A stretch of DNA of 63,907 nt, the filler included, from Thermoplasmatota archaeon (GTDB taxonomy: Archaea; Thermoplasmatota; E2; JACPAO01; JAHFTW01), in the NCBI GenBank assembly GCA_041623215.1. It is 10 parts of 10 records of this genome, joined end to end, with 100 filler letters (N's around TTAATTAATTAA, not from the genome) between each part and the next. Parts side by side here need not be neighbours in the genome. Positions count along the whole stretch, not along the records: positions 39,483 to 45,639 come from JBFJXH010000103.1; positions 45,740 to 51,865 come from JBFJXH010000104.1; 8 more parts are not named here. One strand, given 5' to 3'. A model generated the notes under the pieces. The model made no database searches, had not been told where the DNA came from, and saw nothing but the letters and a program-made list of their open reading frames with translations. The position numbers and the translations under genes are program-made. Shown piece by piece: positions 40,174 to 48,700 of the stretch; within the stretch, counting starts at the first letter, position 1, and every line of letters begins with the position of its first letter.

Positions 40174-43100
40174 ATGGCCCGTTTCTGCCAGCACGGAAAC
40201 TTCCCCGACCGTTGCCCGAAATGCCGGGATTCGAGCGTAGCCGAGGCCGAGGAGCGGATGCTCCGAAATCGTGCCCGGGGCGATGTGGCGAGGCAGGTCA
40301 TGCGGGAGGAACCTGCCCTGCACTATCCTTGGCAGCGTGAGGCGTTTGAAGCCTGGGTCGAGTGTGGCCGGTACGGCCTGGTCGCCTTGTCCCATGGTTT
40401 GCCGATGGGAGACTTGCCCTTCGCCGTGATTCATCACACCTTGCAGATGAGCGGGGACACCAACGTTTTGGTTGCCTGTACGCCGGAGGACCGTGAAGGC
40501 CTCGTGGCAACGATGCAGGAACGCTTTGGCTTGAAGCCGTCGTCGCTACTGGACCATCATTTCATGGAGCCACGAGAGGACGGTGTGCTCATCGTGGCGG
40601 ACTTGCAAGAATTGTCAACGGTGGACCTGTCCGCTTGGGGGCGTTTTGCGACGACTGGGCTGCTTGTACTCCTAGACGCGGATGGCATGACGCCACCGCT
40701 AGGCCGCGCCTTTCTGGAAGCGCCCTTCGCCTCAAGGTTCTGCCTTAGCCGGCAGCCGTCATCCTTTGACCTGTTGTCTAGCCAGACCTGGGCGCGCGTG
40801 TATGGCCCGCTGCTGTATCGTTACACAGAGGCGCAGGCGCGCGACCTTGGTATTTTGCCCCGCATTCGGTATCGCCTGCACGTGGCGATGCTCAAGCCAG
40901 AAAACACGGACGACGGGCCCGTCGGACCGTGGGATGGTTCTGACATTCCAGTCCAACTACCCGATTCCGAGGCAGGCGTATTTGCTCGTGGTCGAGCGCG
41001 TGACGTCGCGCTCGAGCGCTGCAAGGCAACCGAGGACCTAGTCGTCCTGCACCCGGGTGTGCCTGTACCGGGCGCCAAGGCGACGCTTGCGCTGAAGAAC
41101 CTGCCCGCCGAACATACTGATGGCGCGCCAGCCGGGTGGCTGCTTGCTGACCCCGCAGCGGATGGCCGCGCCATTATGCGCATCGCGACAACCGCCTGGA
41201 AGACGCTTGGCGAACCGGGGCTAGTCGAAGATACCGTCGTATTACCCGTACCCGCGGACCTTTGCCATACACCGCCTTGGGACGACCGTTGGCGCCAGGC
41301 TGCACGCCAACTCGACCGCGTGGCCACGGGGCTTCTGCTCGCCGACGATCCCGACCAGGCGATGGTGGTGGAGGACCTGGAAACCATGGTGGGCGCCGCG
41401 TTGGCTCTCCGCGGCCTGCCTGGCCCTGACCTGTATCGCCTCACGCCCGTTGTGGCGCAGGCAGCTGCCCTCGCCCACGCCGGCAAGAAGGTTCCACCGG
41501 CCGACGTCCTGGCCGCCATCCGCAGCCACGGCGGTCTGGCGGGCGCGTTACTGGTGGCCGCCGAGAGTGGCCCCGCCAGCTTGCTTCGGTTAGCCCACCC
41601 GCGCATCACGCCCATGGTGCCTGACCTTCCACACCCGTCCCTGTACGATGCGCGCCGGCATGCATGGCGCGGTCGCACGTTCTCGGTGCTCGCCGCCGAG
41701 GCCAGCAAAAAGGACGGCGACTTGGTTACAGCATGGGGACGCTATGCCGAGCTTCGCTTCCTGTTTGCAAGCAGCCACCTCTTGGAGGCGGCAACCAGCT
41801 ATTGCAAGCGCCACCGCCTCAAGGGACCCTTGGACGATGCCGCACTCCACAAGGTTCCCGACATTTCCAGCGTGAAGGTGCGGGGCAAGACGGCGGCCGT
41901 CAAGGTCCTGCAGGAATGGTCCGATGCGTTGTCCGTGGCCGAAGAACATGAGCGGTCGTTCTTGGCCGACATGCATCGCCGGCAGCCGGAGCGGGAGCGC
42001 CGCCGCGAAGGCATGGCTTTGCCGCGCATGCATGTGGGGCACCGAACCCCCTCGTCTGTCACGGTGGAGTTCCGGGGCGGCCGCATGCCGGCCACGAACA
42101 TTGCTCCCGGTTCGGAGGTCGCTCTCGTCGAAGCCGGCAAGCGCGTGGAATTGGCCTCGGGCCTTGTCTCCAAGATGAGTGGCCGGCGCCTTACGATTGA
42201 CTGCCCGGCTGGCTTGCCGCGCAATTTGCCTGACCTGGTAACCGTCAACCTCGTCTTTGACGCGACAGTCTTCGAAGCCTACCATTCTGCCATCTTGGGC
42301 GCCCTGCGAGCGGCCAAGACCCGCGAGGGAGCCGACGACGGCCCAGATGGCTTGCTGCGGGCGTGCCTGTTAGGAGAAACCAAGGCCGCCAAGAAACGGC
42401 CGCAAAAACTGGAGCTGGATGCCCTGACCGAAAGTCAACTGGCTTCCGTCAACGCGGTTTTGGCGGGCGGACGGGTCAATCTCGTGCATGGGCCTCCGGG
42501 TACCGGCAAGACGCACACCCTGAGCCACCTGGCCATTGCCCTAACGCGAGCCGGTCACTCGGTGTTGGTGACGGCCGACTCCAACGCTGCCGTGGACAAC
42601 CTCGTGGTGGGCCTGCGACGGGCTGGGGCGCCCGTCGTCCGCGTGGGCCACGCACCTAACATTCGCGATGACAACGCGCTGCCGGCACGAATCGATCCAT
42701 TGGATGCTCCGAGTTTCGTGCGTTGGGCCGGCGAGCACGGTGTGGTGGTGGCCACCACCAACTACGGTGCCTACCGGTACATTGACGCGCGGGGCACCAT
42801 GAGTCCGTACATCTTCGATTATGTCATTCACGATGAGGCCGGCCAATCTACGGCACCCTCGTCGCTTGCAGCGGTCATGCGGGGCCGAAACCTCGTCTTG
42901 GCAGGCGACCCGCTGCAACTGCCTCCTACCGTGGTGTCCATGGATGCCAAGGACGCAGGCCTCGACGTTACGCTCTTTGAGCGCATCGAGGAACTGACTG
43001 GCGGCGACCGCACCTGGTTGCTCAAGACGCAGTTCCGGATGCGTGACCAAATCGCACGGTTCAGCAACGAGCGCTACTACGAGGGGGCCATCCAGACTGC

Positions 43101-43902
43101 TGACAGCGCCGATGCCCAGGACGGCATCGAAAACTACCCGGCCCTCGCCTTCCGGCACGTTACCGGCTTGGAGAACCCCCGGCAACGCAATGGATCTATC
43201 TCTAACGACTATGAAGTGGCCTGCATCAAGGCCGTCATCGATGACATCCGCACCCAGGTGCGCGACAAGGGTTGGACCATGGCAGTACTGACGCCGTATC
43301 AGGCGCAACGCGAGGCCATCCGACGGGAAGTCCCCGATGTGGAGGTATCGACCGTGGATGCGGCCCAGGGACGTGAATGGGATGTGGTGTTGTACTCGAG
43401 CGTGCGCAGCAATCCTCGGCACCGCCTCGGCTTCGTGGCCGACGAACGGCGTCTCAATGTGGCTGTAACGCGCGCGCGCCGCAACTTCATCCTAGTCGGC
43501 GACGAGCGCACCATCAGCGACCACCCCGGATTCAAGCTCTACCTTGGCTTGTGCCAGAAGATCCACGTCAGTTATGGCCAAGCGGCTCCGCGGCCGAGCG
43601 AACGCCAACGGCAACCACCGACCGGGCGACAGGGCGGACGCGGCCGGCGGGGCGGACGAGGTGGACGGGGCGGCAGAGGCCCCCGCCACGACCGCGGCAC
43701 CGGCTCGCCTCGCGGGCGGCCAGACGACCCCGATAGCTCTCCAAGTTCAAGTGAAGGCGAAGCAGGGAACGGCGGCCGCAAGCGAGGACGCCGTCGCGGG
43801 CGCTCCCGGGCCAGCGATGGCGCCCCCGGCTCAGAAGGTAAGAGCGACGAGGGGAAACGCAGCCGAAGAACCGGCAGCGAAACTACTGACAACTCGGGTT
43901 AG
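40174..43902 (+). CDS. UPF1/DNA2-like SF1 helicase with degenerate N-terminal SF2 domain and RGG tail
   Basis: GPPGTGKT, SNAAVDN, DEAGQ, GDPLQLPP, QFRM, TVDAAQGRE, RLNVAVTRAR; ATG after GGGAGG. Confidence 0.9.
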   Translation: MARFCQHGNFPDRCPKCRDSSVAEAEERMLRNRARGDVARQVMREEPALHYPWQREAFEAWVECGRYGLVALSHGLPMGDLPFAVIHHTLQMSGDTNVLVACTPEDREGLVATMQERFGLKPSSLLDHHFMEPREDGVLIVADLQELSTVDLSAWGRFATTGLLVLLDADGMTPPLGRAFLEAPFASRFCLSRQPSSFDLLSSQTWARVYGPLLYRYTEAQARDLGILPRIRYRLHVAMLKPENTDDGPVGPWDGSDIPVQLPDSEAGVFARGRARDVALERCKATEDLVVLHPGVPVPGAKATLALKNLPAEHTDGAPAGWLLADPAADGRAIMRIATTAWKTLGEPGLVEDTVVLPVPADLCHTPPWDDRWRQAARQLDRVATGLLLADDPDQAMVVEDLETMVGAALALRGLPGPDLYRLTPVVAQAAALAHAGKKVPPADVLAAIRSHGGLAGALLVAAESGPASLLRLAHPRITPMVPDLPHPSLYDARRHAWRGRTFSVLAAEASKKDGDLVTAWGRYAELRFLFASSHLLEAATSYCKRHRLKGPLDDAALHKVPDISSVKVRGKTAAVKVLQEWSDALSVAEEHERSFLADMHRRQPERERRREGMALPRMHVGHRTPSSVTVEFRGGRMPATNIAPGSEVALVEAGKRVELASGLVSKMSGRRLTIDCPAGLPRNLPDLVTVNLVFDATVFEAYHSAILGALRAAKTREGADDGPDGLLRACLLGETKAAKKRPQKLELDALTESQLASVNAVLAGGRVNLVHGPPGTGKTHTLSHLAIALTRAGHSVLVTADSNAAVDNLVVGLRRAGAPVVRVGHAPNIRDDNALPARIDPLDAPSFVRWAGEHGVVVATTNYGAYRYIDARGTMSPYIFDYVIHDEAGQSTAPSSLAAVMRGRNLVLAGDPLQLPPTVVSMDAKDAGLDVTLFERIEELTGGDRTWLLKTQFRMRDQIARFSNERYYEGAIQTADSADAQDGIENYPALAFRHVTGLENPRQRNGSISNDYEVACIKAVIDDIRTQVRDKGWTMAVLTPYQAQREAIRREVPDVEVSTVDAAQGREWDVVLYSSVRSNPRHRLGFVADERRLNVAVTRARRNFILVGDERTISDHPGFKLYLGLCQKIHVSYGQAAPRPSERQRQPPTGRQGGRGRRGGRGGRGGRGPRHDRGTGSPRGRPDDPDSSPSSSEGEAGNGGRKRGRRRGRSRASDGAPGSEGKSDEGKRSRRTGSETTDNSG

Positions 43903-43955
43903 GTCGCTCCAGGACGCCGGCGTCACGGCCCGGCGGCGCGGCGCCACGAATCTCC

Positions 43956-44543
43956 CTAATCGTGCTTCAATCGCTTCTTGTCGGCTGCTGCACGCTTGAG
44001 ACGTCGCTGGATTGTAAGGCCGACGAGAATGACGCTGGGCGTGGCGGCGAGGTACCCGAGCGTTAGACTGCGCCGCTCCTCGTCCAGGTAACGGGTCGTC
44101 ACCTTGACGCCCACTACGTGCGGCTCGGGGATGGTATCGTTGGCGTAATGATTGTCGCTGTGGTCGAGGACGAGTGCCAGGCGGGTTTCTCCGTCGGCAA
44201 CCACTGCTAGGTCCGTGCTGCCGTTGACGCCGAGGCGGCTAAACTCGCGGTGGAAACTGAACGGCTGGCTTAGGTTGATGGTTCCACTGTCGGTCAAACG
44301 GGCAACCCACTCCTCGTCCATGACGTACACGTCGATGGGGGGGCCCTGAATGTCCAAGTGCACCGTAATCGGGCCACCCGCAATGCTTGGCTCAAGGAAA
44401 TCGACGCGAACTTCACCGGGAGCAATGTTGAAGGCAGGCGGCCTGGACTCCCGTAGCTCAAGACCTTCGGCGCCGTAGTAAACGCCTGCAAACAGTGCGC
44501 CAATGACGGCTAGGCCGAGTAGCGCCGTGAGGATTCGAATCAC
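43956..44543 (-). CDS. Hypothetical membrane-anchored protein
   Basis: N- and C-terminal TM helices flanking a beta domain. Confidence 0.7.
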   Translation of the reverse strand: MIRILTALLGLAVIGALFAGVYYGAEGLELRESRPPAFNIAPGEVRVDFLEPSIAGGPITVHLDIQGPPIDVYVMDEEWVARLTDSGTINLSQPFSFHREFSRLGVNGSTDLAVVADGETRLALVLDHSDNHYANDTIPEPHVVGVKVTTRYLDEERRSLTLGYLAATPSVILVGLTIQRRLKRAAADKKRLKHD

Positions 44544-44544
44544 G

Positions 44545-44904
44545 TTACCCCTCGAGCCAATTCCGCCCCACGACCCGGTCGTCGTCCGGGGTATGGATGC
44601 GTTCCGCCGTGGCGCAGTCCGTGCACAGGCCTAGCATGGTCCAGCTGTGAGGCTTGCAGGCAAAGCGTCCGCATGCGCTGCATTTCAGTCGTGTTTCCAC
44701 GCGGCTGCAAATGCCACAGGGGTGCTGACCATCTTCACCGCCGGCGCCTTGGCTGGCTAGCCATTGTTCCAGCTCCTTGTTGGCGCCCTTAATCTGCGTC
44801 GCCTTGCGTGCCCGCTCTTCTCGTACCACCGCCAAAGGGTCGGTGGTCTTGGCACGGGGCCCTAAGTCCAACAGGTCATCATCGTCCAGGAGCCCCATCA
44901 CCAT
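44545..44904 (-). CDS. Zinc-finger protein
   Basis: CGIC..CSAC..CKPH..CTDC; GGAGG SD; overlaps carS stop. Confidence 0.7.
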   Translation of the reverse strand: MVMGLLDDDDLLDLGPRAKTTDPLAVVREERARKATQIKGANKELEQWLASQGAGGEDGQHPCGICSRVETRLKCSACGRFACKPHSWTMLGLCTDCATAERIHTPDDDRVVGRNWLEG

Positions 44905-45581
44905 GGCACCTCCTTGAGTCCAATCCAGTAACCGACCCGATTGACCAGCAGGTGCAATCCTGGCGTCAGGACTAGGAGGGTTGCCAAGACGACCCAGTCG
45001 CCAAACAAGGCTTCCCACAGCCAGCCATCGGCCAGAAGCGGGGCTCCGATGACCATGCCGAGAAGGCCAAAGACCACGAAATCGAGCTGGTCAAAGGGGA
45101 ACCAGGGTGCTCCCCGTTCGCGACCGGTGCGGCGCTTGACAAATGACTCTAGTGCGTCGCCCAGAAGCGCCACAAAGCCAGCAACGAAGCCGAAAGCAAA
45201 CACCCCCCACCACGCGGACGCGACCGCATCCACCGCCGCGCAGTCGGCGCTACCGGGGCAAGGTGGCGCTTCGTCCCCGATGGCTCCGCCCGGATAGCCT
45301 CCTGCGCCGTAGTCCCAGCCAGCAAAGAAGCCAGGTTCATGGAACGAAGGGGCAACGGCGGAGATTGCCACTGCGGTGAGGCCCGCCGCAACGCCTCCCA
45401 ACAGCAGGCCGCGCCAGGTTTTGCCGTCGCCAAGCAAGCGTTTGCCGTCGCGGTGCATGCGGCCCCCGTCAATAGGATGGCTCCACTTGGGCGCCAACTT
45501 GGCCGTGAACACGGGACTCATGTTGGCCACATAGACCGGCAGGAACAGCCACAATGCATGGACGATGCTGGTCCACGCCAC
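44898..45581 (-). CDS. carS: CDP-archaeol synthase
   Basis: LPVYVANMSP, PIDGG, LGDGKTWRG, GDALESFVKRR, DQLDF, IGLKEVPW. Confidence 0.95.
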   Translation of the reverse strand: MAWTSIVHALWLFLPVYVANMSPVFTAKLAPKWSHPIDGGRMHRDGKRLLGDGKTWRGLLLGGVAAGLTAVAISAVAPSFHEPGFFAGWDYGAGGYPGGAIGDEAPPCPGSADCAAVDAVASAWWGVFAFGFVAGFVALLGDALESFVKRRTGRERGAPWFPFDQLDFVVFGLLGMVIGAPLLADGWLWEALFGDWVVLATLLVLTPGLHLLVNRVGYWIGLKEVPW

Positions 45582-45739
45582 GACGTTCCACCGATGAACC
45601 TGCTAAAAAGGCCACCAGAACCAGGGTGGCCCGGGTCCANNNNNNNNNNNNNNNNNNNNNNNNNNNNNNNNNNNNNNNNNNNNTTAATTAATTAANNNNN
45701 NNNNNNNNNNNNNNNNNNNNNNNNNNNNNNNNNNNNNNN

Positions 45740-48700
45740 GATGCAGACCTTGATGGCCGCATCGACAACGTGACCCTGACCATGAGCGAACCGGTTCAAG
45801 CCAGCACGCTGGATGCCAGCGAATGGTCGGTGACTGGCTACGACGCCCCATTCGCGATTAGCAACGACACGGCGCGCACGACGCTGACTCTGTCTTTCAA
45901 CGAAACCGGCTTCGACACGGGTGCCACGCCCATTGTAACCTACGACGGCACGGGCGTCCGCGACGACGCCGGCAACATCGTGAACGACTTGAACCGCAGC
46001 GCGTCCGATGCAGCCTCACCTGTCCTGGTTGCAGCTCTGACCGCGGACCTTGGTGGCACCTGGGGCCAAATCGACAACATCTCCCTCGTCTTCTCGGAAC
46101 CGGTGAACACGACGTCCTTCATCCCCAGCGAGTTTGACGTCACTGACGGGTCCCACGATTACGCAGAAATTGGCTCCTCGGGCCGCGGCTGCGATGCCGC
46201 CGGACTAAACTGCTCGACCGTCCAACTCAACTTGACCGAGGCGGGAAGCTTCGACACCGGCGCAACGCCAGGCATTGACTACGGCAGCACCACGCTGACC
46301 GATGCAGTTGGCCTTACGCTCGTGCCTGGCACAATGGCTGCTGAGGACCGGGTTGCACCAGTGATTCAGCACGCCCAGACGCGCGACATGGATGCGGACG
46401 GCAGCCTTGACGCATACGTGGTAACCTTTAGCGAGGGCCTCAACAGTTCCACCGCTGGAACGTCCGGCTGGGCTGCTATCGATCTGGGCGCAGCCACAAG
46501 CTGGCACTTTGTCGATTCGCCCGCCAATACCACCCTGCACCTCAACTTCACGGCGACTGGCAGTCCCAATACGGGGGACGTACCAAATCTGACCTACCAA
46601 GCTAGCGGCTTGCAAGGCCTCGACGGTAACGCCGTGGCCACGCACGGAGCGGACGCAATCGTCGAATTCGACGGCGCCGGCCCGGCATTGCTGGCAGCCA
46701 AGACCATCGACCAAAGCGGCGACGGCTGGCTTGACGCATTCTTGCTGACCTTCAGCGAAGAGCTGGACGACTTGACTGCGGGCATACCAGTAGTTGAGTT
46801 CACCGATGGATCGCCATTCTCGGCGACGCTTTCGTCCACCGGTACCACTGCCAACGACCACCAATTCATCATGGACTTCGGCGGCGACGCAACGTGGAGC
46901 ACGGCCTTCGGTACCGGCGAACTTCCCGCCTTCAATGTCTCTGCCGGCATGCTGGCGGACGAAGCCGGCAACCTGGCCCCGGCCATTGAGGGTGCCAACC
47001 TTACCGTCACGGACGGCGCTGCACCCGTGCTTCGACTTGCTCAAGCCGATGTTGGCACGACAACGCTTCGCTTGTTCTTCAGTGAAGGCGTCAGCACAGT
47101 CGAAGGCAACGGCCTCGAACCCGGCGACCTTGACCTGCTGTCTACGAACGGCGTAGGCGCGGGAACGCTTGACTTGTTGGCTCACGAAGCAGGCGACGCG
47201 CAAGCGGTTGGAACTACCGACTTCCCCTTGACAACCGCCGACATTGGTTCCGACTTCATCACCGTGTACGAGGACCTCATCAAGGAGGCATCCGGATCGC
47301 TCAAGCTTGCTCCAGGCGACACTTACCTCAGCGATGAATTGCCGCCAACGGTCCTCCACCTAGCCACGGTTGACGACAACGGCGACGGCATGCTCGACGG
47401 CATTCGCGTCGACTTCAGCGAATCCGTGTCCATGTCCTCCTTCAACGCTACGCGCGTGACCATCGATGGAGAGACCCCGACCGGGTCAAGCTCCGCCGGC
47501 CTGGCCAGCGTCCTGCTGTCGTACACGCCCGGCCCCGGCGACCTGTCGCATACGGGCCACCTGCCAGCCATCACGCTGGACGAAGGGACGTTCACCGACC
47601 TGGCATCCGGCCATGCTTCCGTAGCTTCCAACGCGACCGAGTCCGCTGCACTCCTTCATGACGAAGCGGCCCCGGCCATCGTTGGCCATGCCACAGACGA
47701 TGTTGACGAAGACGGGTTCATCGACAGGGCCATCATGACCCTCAGCGAAAACGTCACGCTGGGAGCCACGGGAGACTGGAATGTCACCGGCTACAACATC
47801 ACATCCATTAGTCAATTCAACGCGACCACAGTCCATTTGGAACTTGGCGAATTGGGTGCGTTTGACACCGGCGCGATGCCCCTGTTCAACTACACCGGCG
47901 GCGCTCAGGTTGCCGACGATGCAGGCAACATGCTGCCATCCTCGGACGGTGTCCTAGCCGACGGCGCGCGCCCGGTGCTCGTGGCCATTGACGCCATGCA
48001 GGCAAGCAAGGATGTCACGCTATTCTTCAGCGAGGCTGTCGAGCGTCAGGGTGGCGGAAGCTTGTCTTCGATTAACTTCCGCTACCACAACAATGGCGCT
48101 GGCGCCAGTACGCTCACGCCCACGCTCACCACGAGCGACGGCGGCAGCACCTGGCACGGCACCCTGAACAAGGTGCTCACTGCGACCGACTTCACCGAGG
48201 ACCGCATCAGCACCAGTACGGTGGACGGCCGCTTCGTGCAGGACCTGGCCGCCATGCCCAACTACGCAAATGGCGCGCTCAAGCAAGCCTTCAGTGACCA
48301 AACCGCGCCTGCCATCTTGACTGCTACCACGGGCGATGTGGACCGCGACGGCCGCGTTGACTCTGTGCTTGTGACCTTCACCGAGGCGGTGTACCTCGTC
48401 GCAAACGCCACCGACGACTGGGGCCTTGATACGACCAGCGCCACGAGCTACCTGGGCGACGGCGTAGTCCTCGGTGTGGAAGCTGTTGCGGGCCGCACGG
48501 ACCAGCTCCGGATCCTTGTCAATGAAACCGGCAGCGGGTACGACACGGCTGCCACCGGCCTGGGCCTGAGCTACGCGGGCAGCAACGTCACCGACCGCAG
48601 CCCGCTTGCCCACCGGTTGGCCAACTTGACGAGCAATGTGACCGTCACAGATGGCGCCAGCCCAGTAATTCTCACGGCTACCACGGTGGACAGCGGCCCT

